A stretch of DNA of 64,000 bases from an uncultured Flavobacteriaceae bacterium (GCA_963715975.1 CAVQSO010000012.1:14407-78406), one strand, 5' to 3'; shown: positions 22,968 to 33,439, numbered from the stretch's first letter. The notes: a model not told the origin generated them from the sequence alone. Program-made: numbers and translations.

Positions 22968-23516
22968 ATGAAAAAGATATATATCAATCTGGGATTAGCC
23001 TGCATTTTCACTTACTTTTTTAGTGTCAGTCTGAATGCACAGGAATTTAGAAATTTGGACACAAGTCCCCATGATATCGTGTATTTCAGGACCAATAAAA
23101 TTTCTCCACCAAAGATCAAGGTGCTCTACGGCAGACCGAAAAAAAACGGAAGAGAAATCTTTGGAAATGTGATTCCATACGGTAAAATTTGGAGAGTTGG
23201 TGCCAACGAAGCTACAGAAGTTGTTTTTTATAACGACGTCGTCTTTGGAGAAACAGAAGTTAAAGCAGGCACTTATGTGTTATATGCAATTCCAGAACAA
23301 AATGAATGGACTTTGATCCTAAGTTCCAATACTGATGTATGGGGAACCTATGAATATGAAGATAAGTATGATGTGGCCAGAACCACCGCTAAAGTCAGTA
23401 AAGCTGAATTTCTGGAAGCATTTTCAATAGGGTTTAAAGATAAAGGAAAACACGTGAATATGGTGTTAGCCTGGGATACTACCCGAATTACCGCGCCTAT
23501 CAAAATAATTTTGTAA
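22968..23516 (+). CDS. DUF2911 domain protein
   Basis: Signal peptide, YGRPKKNGREIFG..IPYGKIWRVGANEAT. Confidence 0.88.
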   Translation: MKKIYINLGLACIFTYFFSVSLNAQEFRNLDTSPHDIVYFRTNKISPPKIKVLYGRPKKNGREIFGNVIPYGKIWRVGANEATEVVFYNDVVFGETEVKAGTYVLYAIPEQNEWTLILSSNTDVWGTYEYEDKYDVARTTAKVSKAEFLEAFSIGFKDKGKHVNMVLAWDTTRITAPIKIIL

Positions 23517-23517
23517 G

Positions 23518-25140
23518 CTAATAAACTTTCTCCCCGTTGATATAAGTTCCATTTATCTTGATATTTGGAACTTGATCTATTGGTACCTCCATGATATCCT
23601 GGTCCAATATCACAAAATCAGCAAATTTATCTACTTCAATTGAGCCTTTTTCCTTTTCTTCAAAATTTGCATAAGCGGCCCATATGGTCATTCCCTTAAG
23701 GGTTTCTTCCCGACTCAATCCGTTTGTCATTTCAAACCCGCCTTCCGGATAACCTGAAAGGTCTTTTCTGGAAACGGCAGCATAAAAAGTAAGCATTGGA
23801 TTTACTTTTTCTACCGGAAAATCAGTTCCCAATACTATTCTTCCATTAATTTCCAGCAAGTTTTTAAAGGCATATGCTCCCTTGATCCTTTCCGGTCCTA
23901 ATCGATCTTCTGCCCAATACATGTCACTTGTTGCGTGAGTTGGCTGAACCGATGGAATAATTTCTGTAAAATAGTCGAATTCATCGGGGTCTATGACCTG
24001 TGCATGTTCAATTCTCCATCTCCGGTTTGTTTGACTTTTGAGTTCTTTTGCATAAGTCTTAAGAATATAGGAATTGGCCGAATCTCCAATGGCGTGTGTA
24101 TTCATTTGAAAATCAGACTTAGCCAAAGTTCTGGCAATATTGGCAAGATCATCAAGGCTGGTTACCATGGCTCCAAAATGATCATCCCTGTCAGAATAAG
24201 GTCTTTTCAAAACAGCTCCTCTTGAACCAAGAGCCCCATCGGCATAAATCTTAAAAGATCTAACGTTCAATCTATCTGTTTTTGTGATCCCTTTTTCCAA
24301 ATAATAGTCGAGATTTTCAGGGCTTGCAGATACCATTGCATAGACCCTTATTTTTAGGTCACCATTTTGTTGCATGCTATCAATAAGGTCAATGGTATTT
24401 CTTCCAAGTCCGGCATCACTTACAGTGGTTAGTCCAAGCTCTAAGCAGATATTTTCAGCATCTTTCAGAGCCTGAATTCTTTCCTGAAGTCCAGTCTCCG
24501 GGATGATCCTATTCACCATTTTCATGGCATTGTCAACTAGCACACCTGTAATTTTACCGTTCTTTTTCACAATTTCACCTCCCGACACTACGGTATTTTC
24601 ATCAATACCAGCAAGATTGAGGGCAGCCTGATTGACGAGAAGTGCATGTCCGTCTATTCTGGTTAAGGCAATAGGAATATTTGGGAAAAGCCTGTCTAAT
24701 TGATCCTTTGTTGGATACTCTTTGATCTTCCAGTCATTTTGATCCCAGCCACGGCCTTTTATAAAATCGAGATTCTTTTCTTCTTGAAAGGTCTTTACTC
24801 TTTTGATGATCTCATCAAAACTTGTGGTCCCGGTAAGATCAACCGTTTGCATAAAAAGACCGAGATTATTAAAATGACAGTGACCATCGATGAGTCCCGG
24901 AAGCACTGTTTTTCCTTCGAGGTTTATGACCTTATCAGATCGGTATTGTTTTTTGATTTCTTTTGAAGTTCCTACACCAATAAATAGGCCATCTTTTATA
25001 GCGAACGACTGAGCTTTTGGTGCCTCGTCATTTACCGTGTAAATGGTTGCATTGGTAATAATAAGATCTGCTTGTTGCTTTTCCCGGCTGCAGGAGATAA
25101 GCACAAAAGTACTTATCAAGTATATGAGGGGTTTATACAT
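23518..25140 (-). CDS. amidohydrolase (YtcJ-like, Amidohydro_3), lipoprotein
   Basis: Lipobox LISC, PGLIDGHCH, KIYADGALGSR, HAIGD, RIEHAQ, GTDFP. Confidence 0.9.
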   Translation of the reverse strand: MYKPLIYLISTFVLISCSREKQQADLIITNATIYTVNDEAPKAQSFAIKDGLFIGVGTSKEIKKQYRSDKVINLEGKTVLPGLIDGHCHFNNLGLFMQTVDLTGTTSFDEIIKRVKTFQEEKNLDFIKGRGWDQNDWKIKEYPTKDQLDRLFPNIPIALTRIDGHALLVNQAALNLAGIDENTVVSGGEIVKKNGKITGVLVDNAMKMVNRIIPETGLQERIQALKDAENICLELGLTTVSDAGLGRNTIDLIDSMQQNGDLKIRVYAMVSASPENLDYYLEKGITKTDRLNVRSFKIYADGALGSRGAVLKRPYSDRDDHFGAMVTSLDDLANIARTLAKSDFQMNTHAIGDSANSYILKTYAKELKSQTNRRWRIEHAQVIDPDEFDYFTEIIPSVQPTHATSDMYWAEDRLGPERIKGAYAFKNLLEINGRIVLGTDFPVEKVNPMLTFYAAVSRKDLSGYPEGGFEMTNGLSREETLKGMTIWAAYANFEEKEKGSIEVDKFADFVILDQDIMEVPIDQVPNIKINGTYINGEKVY

Positions 25141-25374
25141 GATGTCTTTTTTTGAAGTAGATGAAAAAGTAAAGATATAAAATTAAGGCACACCAAGCGC
25201 TTTGTGCTTTGCATCTTTAAGTGTAACTTTGCCAACCTGAAACAAAACACCTCTTGTAAAGCGTAAGTTTAGATTTAAGCTTTTTATAATCAGGTGATTG
25301 GATTTGTAAAATCACTTTATAAAAATCAAGATTTTTCCAAAAACCTTGATTGAATACAATTTATGTTAAAAGGA

Positions 25375-28191
25375 ATGAAATATTACTTTAATGAGATAGA
25401 AGCCAAATGGCAGAAGTATTGGAGCGAGAACCAAACGTTCAAGGCTGATAATGTCAGCCAAAAGGAAAAGTATTATGTTTTGGATATGTTTCCTTATCCG
25501 TCAGGGGCAGGGCTTCATGTTGGACATCCTCTGGGATATATAGCTTCGGATATTTATGCTCGCTATAAAAGACATAAAGGTTTTAATGTACTGCATCCTC
25601 AGGGCTATGATTCGTTTGGACTACCGGCGGAGCAATACGCGATCCAAACAGGACAACACCCTGCGAAAACCACCCAGGAAAACATTAAAACCTACAGAAG
25701 ACAATTAGATCAGATAGGTTTTAGTTTTGATTGGAGCAGGGAAGTAAGAACTTCAGATCCATCTTATTATAAATGGACACAGTGGATCTTTATCCAGTTG
25801 TTCAACTCTTATTATTGTAAGGATGCTGACCAGGCAAGAGATATTGCAGAATTAGAGCATGTTTTCGAAAAGGAAGGAAATCAAAATATCAACGCTTCTT
25901 GCGACGATAATGTAGAATTATTTTCTGCTCTAGAATGGAAATCCTTTAACGCGGAACAAAAGGAGCAGATACTTTCTCAATACAGGTTGACCTATTTATC
26001 AGAAACAGAGGTGAACTGGTGTCCTGCTCTGGGTACAGTGTTGGCTAATGATGAAATTGTGAACGGAGTTTCAGAAAGAGGAGGGTTTCCTGTTGTTAGA
26101 AAAAAAATGAAGCAATGGTCGATGAGAATTACGGCCTATGCACAAAGGTTATTGGATGGCCTTCAAAAGATAGACTGGCCTCAGCCCCTTAAAGATTCAC
26201 AAACCAATTGGATTGGCAGATCAGAAGGAGCCATGGTGAGTTTTGAGGTTCAGGATCACAATGCCTTTATTGACGTTTTTACGACGAGGCCCGATACTAT
26301 TTTTGGCGTGTCGTTTATGACACTCGCACCTGAACATGATCTGGTATCTAAAATCACCACTCCCGAACAGAAGGAAGCTGTGGAAGCCTATGTTTTATCT
26401 ACATCAAAAAGGAGCGAAAGAGACAGGATGGCTGATGTAAAGACCATTTCGGGTGTATTTACAGGAGCCTATGCGATTCATCCTTTTAGCGGAAAAAAGA
26501 TCCCGGTATGGATAGGGGATTATGTACTGGCAAGTTATGGAACCGGAGCCGTGATGGCAGTTCCTTGCGGGGACCAGCGAGACTACGATTTCGCCAAATA
26601 TTTTGATTTGGAAATACCAAATATTTTTGACAATCAGGATATTTCGGAACAGGCATGTGAAGATAAAAATGCAGTTATAGCGAATTCAGGTTTTATAAGT
26701 GGCCTGAATGCCAAGGAAGCGATCAGAAAGGTGATCGAGGAGTTGGAAAAAAGGCAAATAGGAGAAGGTAAGGTCAATTATAGGTTAAGAGATGCGGTTT
26801 TCTCAAGACAGCGGTATTGGGGAGAACCCTTTCCTGTGTATTATGTCAATGGCCTGCCTAAAATGATCGACAAGAAACATTTACCGATTACTTTGCCTGA
26901 GGTTGAGAAATACCTTCCCACGGAGGATGGAAAACCACCCTTGGGAAATGCAACGGTATGGGCTTGGGATACGAAAAAGAACAAAATCGTTTCAAACGAG
27001 TTGATCGATGAAAAGACAGTTTTTCCATTAGAATTAAATACCATGCCGGGATGGGCAGGCAGTTCCTGGTATTTTAACCGATATATGGATGCTACAAATA
27101 AAGATGTTTTCTGCAGTAAAGAGGCACAGAATTACTGGAAAGACGTTGATTTATATATAGGAGGAAGTGAACATGCAACCGGTCATTTGTTGTATTCGAG
27201 ATTTTGGCAAAAATTTCTTTATGATAAGGGATTGGTCCCCGTTGATGAATATGCAAAGAAACTGATCAACCAGGGAATGATACTAGGGACTTCTGCTTTT
27301 GTCTATAGGAAGGAAGGAGAAAACACTTTTATCTCAAAGGGATTGATCAAGGATGAAAAGGTTCAGCCCCTTCATGTAGATGTGTCACTGGTCAATGCAT
27401 CAAATGAGCTTGATATGGAAGGGTTTAAAAGTCATGCCTTTAATAAGGATCTAAAGGATGCTTCCTTTGTTCTGGAAGACGGTAAGTATATCGTGGGGCG
27501 TGAGGTTGAAAAAATGTCCAAATCAAAATACAATGTTGTAAATCCTGATGATATCTGCCGAGACTATGGCGCTGATACCTTGAGAATGTATGAAATGTTT
27601 TTGGGGCCTCTTGAACAGGCTAAGCCATGGAATACAGCCGGAATTACAGGTGTTCACGGCTTTTTAAAGCGCCTTTGGAAATTATTTCATGTATCCGAAA
27701 CGTTCTCTGTAAGTGAAGATACTGCAACAGCAGAGGAGTTGAAAGTTTTACATAAGACGATCAAAAAGGTCGATGAGGATATTGCGAATTTTTCCTTTAA
27801 TACCTCAGTAAGTTCTTTTATGATCGCTGTGAATGAACTCACCGCCCTCAAATGTTCCAAGCGAAGTATTTTGGAACCTTTGGTCATTCTGATCTCACCC
27901 TATGCACCGCATATTGCTGAAGAGTTATGGAATAAGTTAGGACATACAGATTCAGTTGCGGCTGCTGAATATCCCGTATTTGATCCCAAATATCTGGTGG
28001 AAAGCACTAAAACATATCCGGTCTCTTTTAATGGAAAAATGAGATTTACAATAGAGTTGTCATTGGATCTTGACAAAGCCGCAATAGAGAAAGCTGTCAT
28101 GGAGGATGATAGAACTCAACAACAATTGGGAGGGAGAAGCCCGAAAAAGGTAATCGTGGTTCCAGGCAAGATCGTGAATATCGTTGGTTAA
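25375..28191 (+). CDS. leuS: leucine--tRNA ligase (alternative start 25363)
   Basis: MFPYPSGAGLHVGH (HIGH) and KMSKS; editing domain FTTRPDT. Confidence 0.97.
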   Translation: MKYYFNEIEAKWQKYWSENQTFKADNVSQKEKYYVLDMFPYPSGAGLHVGHPLGYIASDIYARYKRHKGFNVLHPQGYDSFGLPAEQYAIQTGQHPAKTTQENIKTYRRQLDQIGFSFDWSREVRTSDPSYYKWTQWIFIQLFNSYYCKDADQARDIAELEHVFEKEGNQNINASCDDNVELFSALEWKSFNAEQKEQILSQYRLTYLSETEVNWCPALGTVLANDEIVNGVSERGGFPVVRKKMKQWSMRITAYAQRLLDGLQKIDWPQPLKDSQTNWIGRSEGAMVSFEVQDHNAFIDVFTTRPDTIFGVSFMTLAPEHDLVSKITTPEQKEAVEAYVLSTSKRSERDRMADVKTISGVFTGAYAIHPFSGKKIPVWIGDYVLASYGTGAVMAVPCGDQRDYDFAKYFDLEIPNIFDNQDISEQACEDKNAVIANSGFISGLNAKEAIRKVIEELEKRQIGEGKVNYRLRDAVFSRQRYWGEPFPVYYVNGLPKMIDKKHLPITLPEVEKYLPTEDGKPPLGNATVWAWDTKKNKIVSNELIDEKTVFPLELNTMPGWAGSSWYFNRYMDATNKDVFCSKEAQNYWKDVDLYIGGSEHATGHLLYSRFWQKFLYDKGLVPVDEYAKKLINQGMILGTSAFVYRKEGENTFISKGLIKDEKVQPLHVDVSLVNASNELDMEGFKSHAFNKDLKDASFVLEDGKYIVGREVEKMSKSKYNVVNPDDICRDYGADTLRMYEMFLGPLEQAKPWNTAGITGVHGFLKRLWKLFHVSETFSVSEDTATAEELKVLHKTIKKVDEDIANFSFNTSVSSFMIAVNELTALKCSKRSILEPLVILISPYAPHIAEELWNKLGHTDSVAAAEYPVFDPKYLVESTKTYPVSFNGKMRFTIELSLDLDKAAIEKAVMEDDRTQQQLGGRSPKKVIVVPGKIVNIVG

Positions 28192-28463
28192 TGGATTTTA
28201 ATATTGAACTAATAGGGATCATTGCGGCAATATTGACAACTTCTGGATTTGCTCCTCAGGTTTATAAAAGTTTAAAAACCAAAGAAGTAGGAGGCGTGTC
28301 CCTAACGATGTATGTGGTCATGTTTATAGGATTACTTTTTTGGCTGTATTATGGGATCCTTATGAATAGTTTTTCAATGATCCTGGCAAATACTGTGTCT
28401 GGAATGTTGGTGTTGGTTCAGATTGTGGCAAAGATTATTTACTCAAATGCTAAACCATCATAA
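28191..28463 (+). CDS. SemiSWEET / PQ-loop family transporter
   Basis: 90 aa, three TM, TT.GFAPQ PQ-loop, W.YYG, ILAN. Confidence 0.88.
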   Translation: MDFNIELIGIIAAILTTSGFAPQVYKSLKTKEVGGVSLTMYVVMFIGLLFWLYYGILMNSFSMILANTVSGMLVLVQIVAKIIYSNAKPS

Positions 28464-28548
28464 ATATCGAGTTCCAGAATAAAAATAGAGCATTTTTTAT
28501 TTTCAGTTAAGACGCTTATAACCTATTTTTATCAAAAAAATTGGTTTT

Positions 28549-29667
28549 ATGATAGTTGGTCTTCCAAAAGAAATTAAGAATAATGAAAGTAGGGTTGCTT
28601 TAACACCTGCGGGGGTCATGGAATTGATCCGAAATAACCATATGGTTTATGTGCAAAAGAATGCCGGTTCTCACAGTGGGTACGATGATGAAGAGTACCT
28701 AAATGTAGGTGCTGTGATTTTGCCCGATATTTATGAGGTTTATGAAAAATCGGACATGATTGTCAAGGTCAAGGAACCTATTGAACTGGAGTATGACCTG
28801 ATCAAAGAAGGTCAGATTGTGTTTACTTATTTTCATTTTGCCTCTTCAGAGAAATTGACACGGGCCATGATCAATAATAAGTCCATATGTATTGCCTATG
28901 AAACAGTAGAGGATATTAACGGTAATTTACCATTGTTGACTCCAATGTCAGAGGTAGCGGGTAGGATGGCCGTGCAACAAGGAGCAAAATATCTTGAAAA
29001 ACCAGCCAAAGGCAAAGGAGTATTGTTAGGTGGTGTACCAGGGGTACCTCCTGGTAGAGTATTGGTATTAGGAGGAGGTGTTGTCGGGATACAAGCGGCA
29101 AAAATGGCAGCGGGCCTGGGCGCTATAGTGACCATACTTGATGTAAATATGGATCGATTACGTCATATCAATGATGTCATGCCTCATCATGTGATCACAG
29201 AGTTTTCAAATGAATACAATATAAGAAAGCATATAAAAACCCACGACTTGATTATTGGAGGCGTATTGATAAAAGGAGCTAAAGCGCCAAAGTTAATCAC
29301 AAGGGATATGCTAAAGGATATGCATCCTGGAACTGTCATTGTCGACGTAGCAGTGGATCAGGGCGGTTGCGTAGAAACCACAAGACCAACGACACATGAA
29401 GAACCTGTTTATATTATTGATGATATAGTTCACTACTGTGTCGCAAATATGCCGGGAGCGGTTCCTTATACTTCTACAAAGGCACTTACCAATGTAACCT
29501 TACCATTTGTCATTGAAATTGCAAATAAAGGATGGGAAAGGGCATGTGAAGAGAACAATTCTTTAAGCAAGGGGCTCAATATTGTTAAAGGCAAAGTAGT
29601 ATACGATGAGATAATTGAAACATTTGATCTTGTCATAAATAGGTTATTCAAATACACAGATGATTAA
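28549..29667 (+). CDS. ald: alanine dehydrogenase
   Basis: PKEIKNNESRV, KVKEP, FTYFH, MSEVAGR, GGGVVG, ANMPGAVP. Confidence 0.96.
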   Translation: MIVGLPKEIKNNESRVALTPAGVMELIRNNHMVYVQKNAGSHSGYDDEEYLNVGAVILPDIYEVYEKSDMIVKVKEPIELEYDLIKEGQIVFTYFHFASSEKLTRAMINNKSICIAYETVEDINGNLPLLTPMSEVAGRMAVQQGAKYLEKPAKGKGVLLGGVPGVPPGRVLVLGGGVVGIQAAKMAAGLGAIVTILDVNMDRLRHINDVMPHHVITEFSNEYNIRKHIKTHDLIIGGVLIKGAKAPKLITRDMLKDMHPGTVIVDVAVDQGGCVETTRPTTHEEPVYIIDDIVHYCVANMPGAVPYTSTKALTNVTLPFVIEIANKGWERACEENNSLSKGLNIVKGKVVYDEIIETFDLVINRLFKYTDD

Positions 29668-29726
29668 TTATGGAAACCGTATCATAAATAGAATATTTTT
29701 AATAGTTTTGGGTAAAATATGAATGT

Positions 29727-30680
29727 ATGAAGATAAAATTACTCATTTTTTCTACTTTCCGAATTTTAGTATTGTTCTTATTTTTTATAATAATGATACA
29801 AGAGGTTTCTTCTCAGGGATTATATGTCGGATCAAATGCAGAGTTATTCCTTTCCAAAGATGCCATATTCACTACCAATAATACTGTTGTTGAGGTAGAT
29901 GATAATGGAACTTTTTCTCTAGAAGCAGGTAGCGATTGGGGTTCTGATATGGAATTTGTAAATGGTCCTGTTACAGTATACGGAACCGGAGAAACAAAGT
30001 TGCCTGTAGGTGACAATGGGGTTTATGCTCCGGTAATGATGAATCATACAGGTGATGTTACAGCCAAATATTCCAATGCAGCTCCGTCCAATGGAACCAA
30101 TGGCACTGATGTTGATGCCGTGTCTGATGTTGAGTTTTGGGAACTTTCCGGAACAGCGGTAGTAACCCTGCCATGGAATGAGAACAGTGATATTACTGCC
30201 CTTGTCAATGATAATGGAGGAGCATTAAGCTCAGTTTCAATAGTTGGACTTAATGGAGGAGTTTGGGACTTGATCAGTGCATCACGATCTTATACGGTCA
30301 CAGGAGATCTGCTAAACGGCAGTGTAACAAGTGACCTTAATAATGAGGTGAATTTAAATGGCTATGGTCAATACACTTTTGGAATAGACCATCAAGTAGT
30401 GCTATCTGTAAATGACCTTTTTCTTTCGACAGGAATAAGTTTGTTGTCGAATCCCGTAAAAGCCATAGAGGAAAATGTCAGGTTTTCAACATCGGGTGAA
30501 ATAGTTGAACTGAAGGTTTCAATTTATGATATCAATGGAAGATTAGTCAAGTATTTTGATAAAGTTGATCTTTCTCTTGGTGAAGGAAGCCTATCCAAAT
30601 CAAATTTGAAAAGTGGTTTATATTTTGTCAAGTTTGAACATGAAGGAAAACAAGGTGTAAAAAAATTAATAATCGAATAA
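29727..30680 (+). CDS. secreted protein with T9SS type A C-terminal sorting domain
   Basis: N-terminal signal; C-terminal NPV...IYDINGRLV...LKSGLYFVK...KKLIIE. Confidence 0.85.
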   Translation: MKIKLLIFSTFRILVLFLFFIIMIQEVSSQGLYVGSNAELFLSKDAIFTTNNTVVEVDDNGTFSLEAGSDWGSDMEFVNGPVTVYGTGETKLPVGDNGVYAPVMMNHTGDVTAKYSNAAPSNGTNGTDVDAVSDVEFWELSGTAVVTLPWNENSDITALVNDNGGALSSVSIVGLNGGVWDLISASRSYTVTGDLLNGSVTSDLNNEVNLNGYGQYTFGIDHQVVLSVNDLFLSTGISLLSNPVKAIEENVRFSTSGEIVELKVSIYDINGRLVKYFDKVDLSLGEGSLSKSNLKSGLYFVKFEHEGKQGVKKLIIE

Positions 30681-30693
30681 TAATCAATTGATC

Positions 30694-31801
30694 ATGAACA
30701 AAATTTTAACAGCCCTGATTTGTATTATTGGCATTAATGTAAGTGCAATAGGTCAGGTAGGAATAGGAACCAGTTCTCCGGATGCTTCAGCCGCATTGGA
30801 TGTAACTGCAACTGACAAAGGCTTGTTAATGCCGAGAATGACTACCGCACAAAGAACAGCCATTTCAAGCCCGGCTAATAGCCTGATGGTTTTTGATACC
30901 GATACCAATTCCTATTGGTCTTATATTGACGGCGCCTGGGTTGAGGACAAACCCGGAACAGGGAAATTTGTGGATGGGGCAGCGGCTGATATTGCTTATT
31001 ATGAAGGAAGAGTTGGAATAGGAATCGAATGAGTTTTCTACAGGTTCATAAACTTTATGTTCGAGAATGTAAAAGTACTGACTGGGTTAATACATCGGCT
31101 GTTATTAGAGCTATATTACGATGGAACTGGAACAAGTGGTCATACATATGGCTTGGCGGTGTAGCTCAGAAACAATTCGACAGGAACAATTAGCTTATGC
31201 AATTGGAGTCCAGAGGAATGATTGAAAATCCTAATGCGTGGAGGATCAATTACAACTGGAGTTGGATCTTATCCACAGATTTATAATTCTGGAACAATTA
31301 ATCTATGGATCTTGGCGTTTAAGTGATAGTCACAGAATTACTCAATAATGCCAGGAACCATGGTACAACAGGACGTGGTATGGATGTTGGTCTTATTAAT
31401 GAATCTGGAGCAACAATAGGAACAGCTTCATTGGCTTCATTGTATGCTACAAATGATGGTACAATTACAGGAGATGCATATGGTTTGTTTATTGGAGGTC
31501 AGCTGGTACAGGATCAGTCGGAGGAAACTCATATGCCCTATATTTGTCAACACCATTCTCAAATGTTGCAGGAACGGCTTATGCCTTGTACTCAGACAAT
31601 GTAAATAACTCATATATGGCTGGTAATTTAGGTGTTGGCACTTTGGATCCACAGCAAAAAGTACATATCACCGGAGTATTGCGTTTGGAACCTCAGGCAA
31701 GTGCACCAACTGGTGGCTTGGGTGATTTATACGTGAATGCCGACGGTACTTTATTTTTCCATAACGGCACCGAATGGAGAGCTGTACAATTGGTGCCATA
31801 A
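30694..31801 (+). CDS. secreted VGIGT-repeat, tail-fibre-like protein; many frameshifts in 31030-31550
   Basis: QVGIGTSSPDASAALDV...KGLLMPRMT N-terminus, internal RVGIG and NLGVGT repeats, C-terminal GDLYV...LFFHNGTEW. Confidence 0.7.
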
Positions 31802-31889
31802 TGGAAATTGAAAATTGATAGAAACGCAGTCAAGTATCAATAATTCTTATAAATAAATCATATTTTCTTTGATAATTGAAAAAAGTTTA

Positions 31890-31897
31890 TAAATTTG
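31890..31897 (+). promoter_or_regulatory. trp operon promoter -7 element TAAATTTG
   Basis: Consensus match 10 bp before the leader ATG; TTTG at 31868-31871 could be the -33 element. Confidence 0.7.
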
Positions 31898-31907
31898 CTT
31901 ACTCAAA

Positions 31908-31970
31908 ATGAAAAATAACACAATTCATACATGGTGGTGGTCTTTACAAAACGATAAATTTGTGAAGTAG
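31908..31970 (+). CDS. trpL: trp operon leader peptide MKNNTIHTWWWSLQNDKFVK
   Basis: Three tandem TGG codons in a 20-codon ORF just before the attenuator and trpE. Confidence 0.9.
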   Translation: MKNNTIHTWWWSLQNDKFVK

Positions 31971-31995
31971 TAACCTGTATATAAAAATATTGATT

Positions 31996-32026
31996 AGGCT
32001 TGTCTTCACGACAGGCCTTTTTTTTT
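31996..32026 (+). terminator. trp attenuator terminator
   Basis: aggcttgtc-ttcac-gacaggcct plus T-run; gtgaag (31962-31967) can pair with cttcac (32004-32009) as an antiterminator. Confidence 0.88.
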
Positions 32027-32038
32027 AATCTGAATTCA

Positions 32039-33436
32039 ATGAAGTATCAATTACATACCAATTACAAGAAAATACTTGCGGACACCATTACTCCGGTGAG
32101 CATTTATCTGAAGATCAGAGATACATTTCCCAACAGCATTTTATTGGAAAGTTCTGATTATCATGGGAATGAAAATAGTTTTTCTTATGTATGCTGTAAT
32201 CCGATTGCAAGTATAACGGTCAAGGATCAAATAGTTACCGAAACTTTTCCTGATGGGAGCAGCAATCTGACCCACTGTAATAAGGCGGATGAAATTCCTG
32301 GAATGATACATGATTTTAGCCAGAAGTTTGCCACTGAAAATCAAAAGTTCAAATTTATCAATAATGGTTTGTTTGGTTATATAGGTTATGATGCTGTAAA
32401 ATACTTTGAAGACATAGAAATCGTAAAAAAGGAAGGCGATCTTGAAATTCCTGATATTTACTATGCTGTTTATCAGAATATTATAGCAATCAATCACTTT
32501 AAGAATGAAGCCTATATCTTTTCCCATTCATATGACCAAAAAAATAATATTGAAGAGATCCATCAATTGATAGGGAATCGAAATTTTGCCTCTTATACGT
32601 ATAAAAATGCCAACGATGAAAAATCAAGCTTATCAGATGCCGAATTTATGGAGCATGTCGAGTTGGCTAAAAAACATTGTTTTCGAGGAGATGTTTTTCA
32701 ATTGGTGCTTTCGAGAAGGTTTTCACAGGGCTTCAAGGGGGATGAATTCAATGTTTACCGTGCACTGAGATCAGTAAATCCTTCCCCTTATCTGTTCTAT
32801 TTTGACTATGGAAACTTCAAGATTTTCGGATCTTCACCTGAAGCTCAATTGGTAATTAATGAAGGTAAGGCTGAGATTCATCCGATTGCGGGAACCTTTA
32901 AAAGAACGGGTGATGACGAAAAGGATCTGGAAGTTGCCAAATCACTGGCTCAGGATGAAAAGGAGAATGCAGAACATGTGATGCTTGTGGATCTTGCCAG
33001 AAATGACCTGAGCAGAAATGGTGAAAATGTAAAAGTGGAAAAATATAAGGAAATTCAGTTTTTTTCTCACGTAATTCATTTGGTCTCCAAGGTCATCGGA
33101 GAAAAGTATAAAGATGCCATTACATTTCAGGTAGTAGCTGATACTTTTCCAGCAGGAACGCTATCAGGAGCACCTAAACATAAGGCCATGCAACTCATAG
33201 AAAAATACGAGAAACACAACAGAACTTTTTATGGAGGAGCCATTGGTTTTATGGATTTTGAAGGGAACTTCAACCATGCCATTATTATCAGGTCCTTTTT
33301 AAGTAAGAACCACCGTTTACATTATCAGGCCGGAGCAGGAATTGTATCCAAATCATCGGCAAACGACGAATTACAGGAAGTATATCATAAGTTGGGAGCT
33401 TTAAAAAAGGCCATGGAGCTGGCAGAAAATATTTAG
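32039..33436 (+). CDS. trpE: anthranilate synthase component I
   Basis: LLES, NPSPY, GSSPE, PIAGT, EHVMLVDLARND, PAGTLSGAPK. Confidence 0.96.
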   Translation: MKYQLHTNYKKILADTITPVSIYLKIRDTFPNSILLESSDYHGNENSFSYVCCNPIASITVKDQIVTETFPDGSSNLTHCNKADEIPGMIHDFSQKFATENQKFKFINNGLFGYIGYDAVKYFEDIEIVKKEGDLEIPDIYYAVYQNIIAINHFKNEAYIFSHSYDQKNNIEEIHQLIGNRNFASYTYKNANDEKSSLSDAEFMEHVELAKKHCFRGDVFQLVLSRRFSQGFKGDEFNVYRALRSVNPSPYLFYFDYGNFKIFGSSPEAQLVINEGKAEIHPIAGTFKRTGDDEKDLEVAKSLAQDEKENAEHVMLVDLARNDLSRNGENVKVEKYKEIQFFSHVIHLVSKVIGEKYKDAITFQVVADTFPAGTLSGAPKHKAMQLIEKYEKHNRTFYGGAIGFMDFEGNFNHAIIIRSFLSKNHRLHYQAGAGIVSKSSANDELQEVYHKLGALKKAMELAENI

Positions 33437-33439
33437 GCA

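Noticed and set aside
29727-31801. Prophage remnant suggested by tail-fibre-like repeats
   Set aside because: Both proteins have signal peptides, one has a T9SS CTD, and no integrase or other phage genes are present.
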